Of a DNA stretch of 64,000 nt, positions 19,434-29,623 are shown one piece after another. Position numbers and translations under genes: made by a program. The DNA is from Sporichthyaceae bacterium (GTDB lineage Bacteria > Actinomycetota > Actinomycetes > Sporichthyales > Sporichthyaceae), in NCBI GenBank assembly GCA_052386455.1, contig JBQTKD010000034.1:892-64891 (forward strand), written 5' to 3'. A model generated the notes under the pieces. That model was given only the letters and a program-made list of their open reading frames with translations, was not told the origin of the DNA and ran no database searches. Positions within the stretch are counted from its first letter, which is position 1. The number at the start of each line of letters is the position of its first letter.

Positions 19434-19646
19434 ATGAACAACGACACCGTGCCCGCCCACCGCCCGCGCCTGGTGATCGGCCTCGCCGTCGCCGCGTTCG
19501 TCGCGTGCGTGGGCGTGGTCGCCCTGACGATCGGCCTCGGCCAGTCCGACGCCGGCACCGTCGGCAACTCCACCTACGAGGTCGGCCAGTACGGCGACGC
19601 CGGCGCCCAGAACGCGCTCGAGCGCTTCGGCGACGTTCTCCCGTAG
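19434..19646 (+). CDS. Small membrane-anchored protein
   Basis: ORF 19416..19646(+). The ATG at 19434 has GGGAG 6 nt upstream. TM segment LVIGLAVAAFVACVGVVALTIGL. Third-position GC is very high. Confidence 0.5.
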   Translation: MNNDTVPAHRPRLVIGLAVAAFVACVGVVALTIGLGQSDAGTVGNSTYEVGQYGDAGAQNALERFGDVLP

Positions 19647-20636
19647 CTACCCGCAGACCTGCCGCAGCGTCGTCGCGTCCACGGGCGCGACGACGCCGGC
19701 GTCGGTGACCACCGCCGTCACCAGGTACGGCGGCGTGACGTCGAAGGCGGGGTTCCACGCACCGGCCTGCGCCGGAGCCAGCCGCGTCTCGTGCAGCTGC
19801 GTCACCTCCGTGGCGGCCCGCTGTTCGACGACGATCGCCGCCCCGTCGGGGGTGTCGAAGTCCACCGTGGTCGTCGGGGCGACGACCACGAACGGGATCC
19901 CGTGGTGCTTCGCGGCCACCGCGAGCGAGTAGGTGCCGACCTTGTTGGCCACCGATCCGTCGGCCGCGATCCGGTCCGCGCCGACGACCACGAGGTCCAC
20001 GCCGCCCGTTGCCATCAGCGCCGCCGCCGCCGAGTCCGGCAGCACCGCGTAGGGCAGGCCGTGCCGCTGCGCCTCCCACGCCGTGAGCCGAGCGCCCTGC
20101 AGCAGCGGCCGGGTTTCGTCGACCCAGAGCTGCGCGAGCCGCCCGGCCCGGTGAGCTGCGAGCACCACCGCGAACGCGCTCCCGGTCCCGCCGCAGGCCA
20201 GCGCCCCGGTGTTGCAGTGCGTCAGGATCCGGGCGTCGGGCGGGACCAGGCCAAGGCCGTGTTCGGCCAGCCGATCGCTCGCCGCGTCTTCCTCCGCGTG
20301 CAGCCGACGTGCCGCCGCGAGCGCCGCGTCCGCGCCGCCTGCCCGGTGGGCGGCCAGTGCCGCCGCGACTCCGTGCGCGAGATTCACCGCCGTCGGCCGG
20401 GCGGTCGCCAGACGCTGCGCGGCCACTTCGACGTCGGCCCCCCGCGCGGCGGCAAGGGCCACCCCGTAGGCGCCGGCGATCCCCAGCATCGGCGCGCCGC
20501 GGATCGCCAGCCGCACGATCGCCTCGACCAGCGCGGGCACGTCCGTGCAGCGCAGGAACACTTCCTCGGCCGGTAGCCGGGTCTGGTCGAGCAGCACGAC
20601 CGCGGGTCCGTCGGCGTCCCAGGCGATCGTGTGCAC
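19647..20636 (-). CDS. mtnA: S-methyl-5-thioribose-1-phosphate isomerase (eIF-2B alpha/beta/delta-like family)
   Basis: Lower part of ORF 19647..20951(-), starting at the GTG at 20636. Motifs LLDQTRLP, TARPTAVNL, THCNTGALA and GADRIAADGSVANKVGTY. Confidence 0.88.
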   Translation of the reverse strand: MHTIAWDADGPAVVLLDQTRLPAEEVFLRCTDVPALVEAIVRLAIRGAPMLGIAGAYGVALAAARGADVEVAAQRLATARPTAVNLAHGVAAALAAHRAGGADAALAAARRLHAEEDAASDRLAEHGLGLVPPDARILTHCNTGALACGGTGSAFAVVLAAHRAGRLAQLWVDETRPLLQGARLTAWEAQRHGLPYAVLPDSAAAALMATGGVDLVVVGADRIAADGSVANKVGTYSLAVAAKHHGIPFVVVAPTTTVDFDTPDGAAIVVEQRAATEVTQLHETRLAPAQAGAWNPAFDVTPPYLVTAVVTDAGVVAPVDATTLRQVCG

Positions 20637-20698
20637 GAACGAGATCCTGCCCCGGGCTTGTCCTGCGCCGGCAGCACGCGGCGCGGACGGATGGCACG

Positions 20699-21925
20699 AT
20701 GATCGGCATGTCTGGTCCGCCGGAGGAAACTGCACCCGATCCGGACCGGACGCCCTGGCCGTCCGGAGCGTGGGCCGCCGACCAGCCGGCCGCGTGGACC
20801 AAGCCGAGCCTGCAGCCGCCACCACCGCCGCCGCCGCCGGGCTATCCGCCGCCCGGGTACCCGCCGCCCGCGTACCCGCCCGCGCAGGGCTGGGCTCCCC
20901 CGCCCGGCGCTCCGCTCGCGTGGACCCCGCCGCCCGCCGGAGCCCCGGCACCGGCCTGGGGACCGCCCGGCCCGCCGCCCGCCGCCCGCCCCGGCGTGAT
21001 CCCGCTTCGGCCGCTGGGGCTCGGCGAACTGCTCGACGGCGCCGTCTCGACGATGCGCAAGCACTGGCGGGTACAGCTGGGCATCACCGCCGTCGTGGTG
21101 CTCGCGGTCACGGTGATCCAGGGCGTCGGTACCTGGATGTTCGCCCGCGACAGCGGAATGTTCGACGAGAACTTCTTCAGCACCGAGCCGCTGACCGAGG
21201 AGACCGACGCGTTCGGCAGCGGAGGCGCGCAGCTCGTCCAGGGCGTCGGGATCGTCTTCGGGCTGGTGGCCCAGCTGGCGCTGGCGGGCCTGTTGACCGT
21301 CGTCGTCGGCCGCGCCGTGCTCGGGCGGGACGTCTCGACCCGCGAGGTCTGGGCGCAGGTCCGGCCCCGCGCCTGGCAGCTGGTCGGGCTCGCCCTGCTG
21401 CTGCTCGCCGCGACCTTCGGCCTGGTGCTCTTCGCCGTCCTCTTTCCGGTCGGGCTCTGGGCGGCCGGCGTCCCGGACGTCGCCGCTCTTGCGCTCGGGG
21501 CCGTCCTGGTCCTGCTCGCCATCCCCGTCGCGGTGTGGCTGTGGGTGCGGTTCGCGGTGGCGGCGCCGGCGATGGTGTTGGAACGCACCGGGGTTCGCGC
21601 GGCCCTGCGTCGATCGGCGCGGCTGGTGCGGCGCTCGTGGTGGCGGACCTTCGGCATCCTGCTGCTCATTCAGCTGATGGGGCAGGTGATCTCCGGCATG
21701 CTCGCCATGCCGTTCATGATCGCCGCCTTTGCGATGGGGTTCCTGGTGGACGGCGGCGCCACCTCGTTCTTCGTCATGCTCATGGTCGGCGGCGCCGTCG
21801 GAAGCCTGGTCACCTATCCGTTCACCGCCGGAGTCACGGCGCTGATGTACGTGGACCTGCGCATGCGACGCGAGGGCCTCGATCTGGCGTTGGCGCGCTC
21901 CACCGGCGACCCGGCGGTTCCGTGA
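20699..21925 (+). CDS. Polytopic membrane protein with a Pro/Tyr-rich N-terminus, first gene of the MoxR cluster
   Basis: Tail of ORF 20309..21925(+), starting at the ATG at 20699. N-terminal repeats PPPPPPPPGYPPPGYPPPAYPP. Several TM helices follow. The stop overlaps the next start as GTGA. Confidence 0.75.
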   Translation: MIGMSGPPEETAPDPDRTPWPSGAWAADQPAAWTKPSLQPPPPPPPPGYPPPGYPPPAYPPAQGWAPPPGAPLAWTPPPAGAPAPAWGPPGPPPAARPGVIPLRPLGLGELLDGAVSTMRKHWRVQLGITAVVVLAVTVIQGVGTWMFARDSGMFDENFFSTEPLTEETDAFGSGGAQLVQGVGIVFGLVAQLALAGLLTVVVGRAVLGRDVSTREVWAQVRPRAWQLVGLALLLLAATFGLVLFAVLFPVGLWAAGVPDVAALALGAVLVLLAIPVAVWLWVRFAVAAPAMVLERTGVRAALRRSARLVRRSWWRTFGILLLIQLMGQVISGMLAMPFMIAAFAMGFLVDGGATSFFVMLMVGGAVGSLVTYPFTAGVTALMYVDLRMRREGLDLALARSTGDPAVP

Positions 21926-22542
21926 ACCGGCCCCTGCTGCCAGATCCCACGGCCGCGCGCGAGGCGGCGGCGGCGGAGCTGAGCAAGCCGCCGTACCGGG
22001 CGCAGGAGCCCTCGCTGCTAGAGCGTGGCGCGGACTGGGTGTGGGGCAAGATCACCGGCCTGTTCGAGGGCGCGTCCACGGCCGGCCCCGGCGCGGGCTG
22101 GGCCACCGGGATCCTCGTCGCGTTGCTGGTGCTGGCCGTCGTGGTGGCCTGGACGAAGCTCGGGCGGCGCGAGGCCCGGCTCGCCGGCGGCGCCGAGGTC
22201 TTCGCCGAGGCCGCGCGTACCGCCGCCGCGCACGACGCTGCGGCGGACGCGGCGTTGGCCGCCGGGGACCTGGAGACCGCGGTGGTCGAACGGTTCCGTG
22301 CCCTCGTCCGTGGCGGCGAGGAGCGCGGGCTGCTCGTCCCTCGCCCCGGCCGCACGGCGGACGAGGCGGCGAGCGAGTTGGCGGCTCGGCTTCCCGATGC
22401 CGCCGGTGCCGTCCGGGCAGCCGCCGTGGCCTTCGACGAGGTCCGGTACGGCGGGCGGTGGGCCAGCCCGGAACGCCACGAGACCGTCGCCGCGGCGGCC
22501 CGGACGGCGCGGACAGCTCGCATCCCCGAGGGGGTCGGATGA
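21922..22542 (+). CDS. DUF4129-like membrane-anchored protein
   Basis: Tail of ORF 20545..22542(+), with a GTG at 21922. One TM segment, WATGILVALLVLAVVVAW. The C-terminal region RPGRTADEAASELAARLPDAAGAVRAAAVAFDEVRYGG is typical of DUF4129 (from memory). Confidence 0.7.
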   Translation: MNRPLLPDPTAAREAAAAELSKPPYRAQEPSLLERGADWVWGKITGLFEGASTAGPGAGWATGILVALLVLAVVVAWTKLGRREARLAGGAEVFAEAARTAAAHDAAADAALAAGDLETAVVERFRALVRGGEERGLLVPRPGRTADEAASELAARLPDAAGAVRAAAVAFDEVRYGGRWASPERHETVAAAARTARTARIPEGVG

Positions 22543-23733
22543 GCGAGCGAGGGAGGAGCGAGGAGCCCGCGCGATCAACGACGCTGACGACGACCGCGCC
22601 CGCCCCGGCCTCCCGCGTTCGCCGGATGCTGCGCAGTCCGCTGCTGCTCGTCGGGCTGCTGGTGGCCGTGACCGCCGGGCTGGGCGTCCTCGCCAGCGAG
22701 GGCAACCAGAACCGGCTCGACCCGGACTCCTACTCCCCGCAGGGAGCACACGCGCTCGGCCAACTGCTCCGCGATTCCGGCATCGAGGTGGTGGTGACCC
22801 GCGACCTCACCACCACCCGCCGCACGCTGGTCGCACGGCCCGACGCGAGCCTGCTGATCACCGCTCCCGATCTGCTCCCGCCGGACTTCGTCGCCGAACT
22901 CGCCGAGACCGCTGCGGCCACGCTGCTGGTCGAGGGCGCCGGGGAGTCGGTCGTCGCGGCGACCGGCAACTCCGTACAGCCGGCCAAACCGGCGAGGACG
23001 AAAACCCGCGACCCCGGCTGCGACGTGCGCGCCGCGACCAATGCGGGGCGCGCCGACCTCGGCGGCGTCGCGTACGAGCGCGTCGCGGGCGACCCGGTGT
23101 TCTGCTACGACGCCTCCCTGGCCCGCGTCGGCACCACCACGCTGGTGGGCAACGGCGCACCTCTCACCAACGACAAGCTCGATCGCCACGGCAACGCCGC
23201 ACTCGCACTGGGGCTGCTCGGCGAGCGTCCGACACTGGTCTGGTACCTGCCGAGTCTCGGCGATCCGGCACTCGAACTCGACGACATCCGCCGCCCCCTG
23301 TCCTCGCTGATCTCCGACGCGTGGAAGCTCGCCGCGCTGCAGCTCGGCATCGGCCTCGTCGTGGTGGCGCTGTGGCGCGGCCGGCGGCTGGGTCCGCTGG
23401 TCGTCGAGCCGCTGCCGGTGGTGGTCCGCGCGGCCGAATCGACCGAGGGCCTGGCCCGGCTGTACCGCCGCTCGAACGCCCGCCACCGAGCTGCAGCCGA
23501 GCTGCGCGCGGCCGCCGTCCGCCGGATCGCGCCCGCGTTCGGGATGTCGGCCACCCACCCGGATCCCCGGGCGGTCACCGAGGCGGTCGCGGCGCACACC
23601 GATCGGTCGACCGCCGAGATCGGTCAACTGCTCTTCGGCGCGGCACCGGACTCCGACGCCGGTCTGCTCGCGTTGGCCGAAGTCCTGGACAACCTGGAGA
23701 ACCAAGTGCGCAGGGACGACTGGAGGAAGCCCC

Positions 23734-23741
<8 letters not shown>
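22539..23741 (+). CDS. DUF4350-like protein
   Basis: Tail of ORF 22041..23741(+). The ATG at 22539 forms an ATGA overlap. N-terminal TM segment. GNAALALGLLG and a second TM segment, WKLAALQLGIGLVVVALW, match the DUF4350 layout (from memory). Confidence 0.7.
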
Positions 23742-24732
<991 letters not shown>

Positions 24733-24738
24733 GCCGTT

Positions 24739-24782
24739 ACGTCCGGCCAACCCGATGCAATAGGTGCGCGTTGGCCGGACGC
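24739..24782. repeat. Intra-operon hairpin of the ACGTCCG-arm family, enclosing the DUF58 start codon
   Basis: GTCCGGCCAAC (24741-24751) pairs perfectly with GTTGGCCGGAC (24770-24780) and extends to 12 of 13 pairs with the flanks. The 18-nt loop CCGATGCAATAGGTGCGC contains the GTG at 24764. GTTACGTCCG at 24736-24745 is identical to 21-30. Confidence 0.7.
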
Positions 24783-26086
24783 ACGGACTGCACGTGGCGC
24801 TGACCGGGCGGACGGCGCTGCTCGCGGTGGCGGCCTGCGGAGTCGTGTACGCCGCGGGCTCGAGCTGGGCGCTGCTCGCGGTGCAGGGCGTGCTGCTGCT
24901 CGGGGTGGTCCTGGATTTGCTGCTCGCCGGCTCGGTCCGTTCGCTTCGGTTGACTCGCGAGGGTCCCACCTCGGCGCGGCTCGGCGAAGCCGTCGTGCTG
25001 ACGCTGACGGTGGTCAACGGCGGCACCCGAAGGGTGCGCGGGGTGCTCCGGGATGCGTGGTCGCCCAGCGCCGGAGTCCAGCAGTCGCGGCATCGGCTGT
25101 CCCTCGCGCCGGGCTCGCGGGCGGCACTGGCCGTCTCGCTGCGCCCGACCCGGCGCGGGGACCGCTCGCCGGACCGGGTGACCGTCCGGTCCGTCGGTCC
25201 GCTCGGGCTGGCCGCGCGGCAGGGGACGCTGCAGGCGCCCTGGACGGTCCGCGTGCTGCCGCCGTTCGCGAGCCGCAAGCACCTGCCGGCGCGGCTCGAC
25301 CGGCTCCGTGCACTGGACGGCCGCAACGCCGCCCGGATTCGCGGCGCGGGGACGGAGTTCGATTCGCTGCGCGAGTACGTGATCGGCGACGACGTCCGCT
25401 CGATCGACTGGCGCGCGACGGCCCGCCGCAACGACGTGACCGTGCGGACCTGGCGGCCGGAGCGGGACCGGCGGGTGATCGTCGTGCTCGACACCGGGCG
25501 TACGGCGGCGGGCCGCGTCGGGGACGCGCCCCGGCTCGACGCCGCGATGGACGCGGCGCTGCTGCTCGCCGCGCTGGCCTCGGCGGCCGGCGACCGGGTG
25601 GACCTGCTCGCCTACGACCGGACCGTGCGTGCGGCGGTGACCGGGGTGCCCCCGGCCCGACTGCTCTCCACGATGGTCTCCGCGCTGGCACCGGTGCACC
25701 CGGAGCTGGTCGAGACGGACATGCGGGGCCTGGCGAGCGAGGTGCTGCGCCGCGGCGGCCGCGGATCGCTCGTCGTCCTCGTCTCCACGCTGGACCCGGC
25801 GCCGGTGACCGCCGGCCTGCTGCCGGTGCTGCCCACCCTGTCCCGGCACCACCGCGTGCTGCTCGCCTCGGTCGCCGACACCCGCGTCGCCGAACTCGCC
25901 GGAGGCCGCGGCAGCCTCGACGCCGTGTACGAGGCGGCGGCCGCCGAGCGCACCCGAGGCCGCCGAGCCGAGATGACGGCGTTGCTCGGCCGGCACGGGG
26001 TGGACGTCGTCGAGGCCGATCCGGAGGCGCTGCCGCCCGCCCTCGCGGATAGATACCTCGAGCTGAAGGCCGCGGGGCGGCTCTAG
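24764..26086 (+). CDS. DUF58 (vWA-like) protein, MoxR partner
   Basis: ORF 24764..26086(+). Two N-terminal TM helices. Motif GTEFDSLREYVIGDDVRSIDWRATAR. The start is uncertain: either the GTG at 24764 or an internal GTG. Confidence 0.88.
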   Translation: MRVGRTHGLHVALTGRTALLAVAACGVVYAAGSSWALLAVQGVLLLGVVLDLLLAGSVRSLRLTREGPTSARLGEAVVLTLTVVNGGTRRVRGVLRDAWSPSAGVQQSRHRLSLAPGSRAALAVSLRPTRRGDRSPDRVTVRSVGPLGLAARQGTLQAPWTVRVLPPFASRKHLPARLDRLRALDGRNAARIRGAGTEFDSLREYVIGDDVRSIDWRATARRNDVTVRTWRPERDRRVIVVLDTGRTAAGRVGDAPRLDAAMDAALLLAALASAAGDRVDLLAYDRTVRAAVTGVPPARLLSTMVSALAPVHPELVETDMRGLASEVLRRGGRGSLVVLVSTLDPAPVTAGLLPVLPTLSRHHRVLLASVADTRVAELAGGRGSLDAVYEAAAAERTRGRRAEMTALLGRHGVDVVEADPEALPPALADRYLELKAAGRL

Positions 26087-26169
26087 AACGCCCCGCGCGG
26101 GGACCCCGATACCCCGGCCGGGCGTTGTTAGCCTCTCCTCGACGTCCCGGACCCCGGAGAGGAACCCCG

Positions 26170-26679
26170 ATGAGGATTCAAACGTTGGCCATGGCCGGGA
26201 TCGCACTGGCGCTGGCCACCACGCTGGCCGCCTGCGGCGGCGACGACGACACGAACACCGCCGCCCAGGGCGACCCGTCGGTGCCCGAGACCTCGGCGGC
26301 CCCGAGCGGCAAGCCCGGCTGCGACCCGAACGCTCCCGGCTCGTGCGACGAGTACGACCCGAACGACCCGTTCGCCAACCCGAAGGCCCGCTGCCCGAAG
26401 GGCGGCGAACCGGCCAACACGATCACCGCGTCGGGCAACACGTTCTGCGCGGAGAACTATTCCGGCAAGGTCGCCTCCAAGTGGACCTTCGACAACCCGG
26501 ACATCGCCCTGCACAACGTCGCGACCGACGACTTCGAGAAGAACCCGGCGAAGTTCAAGACCAAGGACGCCGAGATGGGCAAGAAGGTGAACTTCACGAT
26601 GCCCAAGAAGGCCGGCAAGTACACGATCATCTGCACCTACCACCCGGGCTCGATGACCGCGAAGCTCTCGCTCAAGTAG
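26170..26679 (+). CDS. Cupredoxin (type-1 blue copper) lipoprotein, paralog 1
   Basis: ORF 26125..26679(+), trimmed to the ATG at 26170 with GGAGAGGA upstream. Lipobox LAAC. Copper ligands: His in ALHNV, and Cys-x2-His-x4-Met in ICTYHPGSM. Confidence 0.85.
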   Translation: MRIQTLAMAGIALALATTLAACGGDDDTNTAAQGDPSVPETSAAPSGKPGCDPNAPGSCDEYDPNDPFANPKARCPKGGEPANTITASGNTFCAENYSGKVASKWTFDNPDIALHNVATDDFEKNPAKFKTKDAEMGKKVNFTMPKKAGKYTIICTYHPGSMTAKLSLK

Positions 26680-26785
26680 CCGTCGTGTGTAACGAACGCG
26701 TGTCCGAGGTCACCAATCCGACATAACGGGCGGTTGCGTATACCGGGGTGGGGGATCCCGTCCCGAAAGAAAAGGACTTAATCGC

Positions 26786-27265
26786 ATGAAGACCAAGCTC
26801 GTGGGTGGCGGCCTCGCCGTCGCGCTCGCCGCCAGCCTCGCCGCTCTCGGCGGTGGCGTCGCCAACGCCGGCGTCTCGAACGAACCCTGCGACCCGAATG
26901 CTCCCGGTTCGTGCGACAAGTTCGACCCGAACGACCCGTTCGCCAACCCCTCGGCCCGCTGCAAGAAGGACGCTGCGGGCAAGGTGATCGAGCCGGCCAA
27001 GACCATCACCGCCTCGGGCAACACCTTCTGCGGCAAGAAGTACGCGGGCAAGACCGGCGAGACCTGGACGTTCAACAACCCGGACATCGCCCTGCACAAC
27101 GTCGCGACCGACGACTTCGAGAAGAACCCCGCGAAGTTCAAGACCGAAGACGTGGACATGGGCAAGTCGACGACCTTCAAGATGCCCAAGAAGGCCGGCA
27201 AGTACACGATCATCTGCACGTTCCACCCGGGCTCGATGACCGCGAAGCTCACCCTGAAGAAGTAG
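26786..27265 (+). CDS. Cupredoxin (type-1 blue copper) secreted protein, paralog 2
   Basis: ORF 26786..27265(+). Signal peptide ending VANA. It shares the block CDPNAPGSCDKFDPNDPFANP, plus ALHNV and ICTFHPGSM. Confidence 0.85.
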   Translation: MKTKLVGGGLAVALAASLAALGGGVANAGVSNEPCDPNAPGSCDKFDPNDPFANPSARCKKDAAGKVIEPAKTITASGNTFCGKKYAGKTGETWTFNNPDIALHNVATDDFEKNPAKFKTEDVDMGKSTTFKMPKKAGKYTIICTFHPGSMTAKLTLKK

Positions 27266-27297
27266 TCGGTCACGATCACGTAGACCTCGGCCGTTCG

Positions 27298-27319
27298 CCG
27301 GGCGCCACATGGCGCCCGG
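27298..27319 (+). terminator. Perfect 9-bp GC hairpin after cupredoxin 2
   Basis: CCGGGCGCC (27298-27306), loop ACAT, GGCGCCCGG (27311-27319). Confidence 0.55.
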
Positions 27320-27335
27320 CTGACATCATCGAGCC

Positions 27336-27965
27336 GTGGACCAGGAAGAAGCTCCGAAGGACTCGTTGAGCCGCCGCGGGCTGTTGCGCGGCGCCGCCGG
27401 ACTTGCCGGCGGTTTCATCCTCGCCGGCTGCGGTACGACTGCACGTTCGCTGAACGTTCCGACGTCGACCGCTCCGCCCACCACGCTGCCGGACCCGGTC
27501 ACCTCGGTGACGCCGCTGCCGCGCACGCCCGCCACGCAGGCTCCGCTCGCCACGCTCACCATGCGATACGAGCGATTCACCCCGCGGATCCTGACGGTGA
27601 CTCCCGGCACCGTGATCCAGGTGATCAACTCCGACGGCGAGATGCACAGCCTCGTCCCCGCGGAGTACGAGGAGCACACGGTCCGTTCCAGCGACGTCGG
27701 TCCGGGCAACTCCGCGCACATGACCGCGCCGGACACCCCCGGCGAGTACCACTACTCGTGCTTCTACCACAGCTGGAAGGCCGGGGAGAAAGGCACGATC
27801 CGCGTCGTCGCGGACGCCGCCGAGGCCGCTGCGGCCAACTCGCAGGCTCAGCAGGAAGAGTCCTCGACGCCCTTCCCGACGTCCACCTTCACCCCGACTC
27901 CGAACGCCACCGCGACGTCGACGCCGACGCCGACGGGCACCGCCACGTCGACGCCCAGCTTCTAG
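27336..27965 (+). CDS. Tat-exported cupredoxin-like lipoprotein with a Thr/Pro-rich C-terminal tail and an atypical ligand set
   Basis: ORF 27336..27965(+). Twin-arginine motif SRRGLLRGAAGLAGGFILAGC. His in EMHSL and Cys-x2-His in SCFYHSW, but no Met follows. The tail reads TPFPTSTFTPTPNATATSTPTPTGTATSTP. Confidence 0.75.
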   Translation: MDQEEAPKDSLSRRGLLRGAAGLAGGFILAGCGTTARSLNVPTSTAPPTTLPDPVTSVTPLPRTPATQAPLATLTMRYERFTPRILTVTPGTVIQVINSDGEMHSLVPAEYEEHTVRSSDVGPGNSAHMTAPDTPGEYHYSCFYHSWKAGEKGTIRVVADAAEAAAANSQAQQEESSTPFPTSTFTPTPNATATSTPTPTGTATSTPSF

Positions 27966-29407
27966 TAGCTGCGGCCGAAGAGGATCCGCCTGCCGTAGGC
28001 GGCGGGGGCGTCGCAGCGGATGCACGTCCCGGTCTCGGCCTCGCCCACGGTGGGGATGCAGCGCGGGGTGGCGGCGGAGCTCGCGGCCTTGATGTCGTCC
28101 TCGCACGTCGGCTGACCGCAGTGCAGCACGCGGGCCCAGCCGGTGTTGGTGGCTTCGACGAAGGCGTCCCACGTGTCGACAGTCGAGATGTTGGCGTCCC
28201 GGAACTCGGTGGCGCGGGCGAGCATCGCCGCCTGGATCTCTTCCAGGATCGCCGGCACGGTGGCGGCCAGGCCGACGAGTGGGACCGACTCCTTCTCGCC
28301 GACGATCCGGCGGGACACCTCGGCGACGCCGTTCTCCAGGTCGCGCGGGCCGAGCGCGATGCGCAGCGGGACACCGCGCATCTCGTGGTCGTTGAACTTG
28401 AAGCCCATCGACACCTGCGGACGGTCGTCGACGTGCACGCGTACGCCGAGGACCTTGAGTTCGGCGACGAGGGCGTCCACGGCGGCCATGACCGGCACCA
28501 GTCCCTCGCCCTTGCCCATGGGCACGATCACGACCTGATGGGGCGCCAGTTTCGGCGGAAGCATCAGGCCCTTGTCGTCGCCGTGGGCCATGATGATCGC
28601 GCCGATCATGCGGGTGGACATGCCCCACGAGGTGGTGTGGCAGTACTGGCGGCCGCCCGAGGAGGCGTCGGCGTACTGGATGTTGAAGGCCTTCGCGAAG
28701 TTCGTTCCCATGTAGTGCGAGGTCCCCGACTGCAGGGCCTTGCCGTCGCGCATCATGCCTTCGATCGTGAACGTCTTCAGGGCGCCGGCGAACCGCTCCC
28801 CCGCGGTCTTCTCGCCGGTGACGACCGGGATTGCGGCCCAGTCGCGGGCGATCTCCTCGTAGACCTCGAGCATTTGGATGGTCTCGCGCATCGCGTCTTC
28901 TTCGTCGGCGTGTGCGGTGTGGCCCTCCTGCCAGAGGAACTCGGTGGTGCGCAGGAACATGCGCGGACGGAGCTCCCAGCGCACGACGTTGGCCCACTGG
29001 TTGAGCAGCAGCGGCAGGTCGCGGTGCGAGGCGATCCACTTCGCCATCATCTCGCCGATGATCGTTTCGCTCGTGGGGCGGACGACGAGGGGCTCCTCGA
29101 GTTCCTTGCCGCCGGCGTGGGTGACCACGGCGAGCTCTGGGGCGAAGCCCTCGACGTGCTCGGCCTCGCGCTTGAGGTAGCTCTCCGGGATGAACAGCGG
29201 GAAGTAGGCGTTCTCGTGCCCGGTCTCCTTGATCCGCCGGTCCAGCGCGCCCTGGAGCAGCTCCCACAGGCGGTACCCGTACGGGCGGATGACCATCGTG
29301 CCCTTCACGGGGCCGCGGTCGACGAGCTGCGCGCGCGTGACGACGTCGTTGTACCAGCCGGAGAAGTCTTCGCTCTGCGCAGTGACCGCGCGCTCGTCCT
29401 TTGCCAT
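27962..29407 (-). CDS. proS: Prolyl-tRNA synthetase, archaeal/eukaryote-like type
   Basis: Lower part of ORF 27962..30160(-), starting at the ATG at 29407. Motifs WYNDVVTRAQL, RPTSETIIG and WANVVRWE. The C-terminal Cys-rich domain ends ...ILFGRSY. It lacks the bacterial-type insertion domain, judged by length (481 aa). Confidence 0.92.
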   Translation of the reverse strand: MAKDERAVTAQSEDFSGWYNDVVTRAQLVDRGPVKGTMVIRPYGYRLWELLQGALDRRIKETGHENAYFPLFIPESYLKREAEHVEGFAPELAVVTHAGGKELEEPLVVRPTSETIIGEMMAKWIASHRDLPLLLNQWANVVRWELRPRMFLRTTEFLWQEGHTAHADEEDAMRETIQMLEVYEEIARDWAAIPVVTGEKTAGERFAGALKTFTIEGMMRDGKALQSGTSHYMGTNFAKAFNIQYADASSGGRQYCHTTSWGMSTRMIGAIIMAHGDDKGLMLPPKLAPHQVVIVPMGKGEGLVPVMAAVDALVAELKVLGVRVHVDDRPQVSMGFKFNDHEMRGVPLRIALGPRDLENGVAEVSRRIVGEKESVPLVGLAATVPAILEEIQAAMLARATEFRDANISTVDTWDAFVEATNTGWARVLHCGQPTCEDDIKAASSAATPRCIPTVGEAETGTCIRCDAPAAYGRRILFGRSY

Positions 29408-29472
29408 GCCGGAGAGGTTACAAGCGATCGAGAGAAGCGAAGCGCGAGGAGCGAGGCACGAGCCCTCGTGGC

Positions 29473-29515
29473 TTCCGAGCCGACTGAGACGTGTCGACGA
29501 GCGAAGTAGGGAACA
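29473..29515. repeat. ~43-nt repeat in the proS/acidic-protein divergent region, homologous to 36624-36665
   Basis: TTCCGAGCCGACTGAGACGTGTCGACGAGCGAAGTAGGGAACA aligns with TTCCGAGCCGATTGAGCCTGTTGACGAGCGAAGCGCGGAACA at 36 of 43 positions with one gap. Confidence 0.65.
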
Positions 29516-29623
29516 TCGGTCAAGGCTCGTCGCGCCTGTTGGACTTTCCGCGCGCGGCGGGCGAACGTACCCCTCAAGAAGTCCTTGGGGGAGGAAGCCT
29601 TGTCGAACTTGCGTCCGTTCCGG

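Noticed and set aside
29408-29599. T-box or other leader riboswitch upstream of proS
   Set aside because: No specifier loop or T-box sequence was recognisable. The region is a divergent promoter spacer that contains a copy of a dispersed GA-rich repeat.
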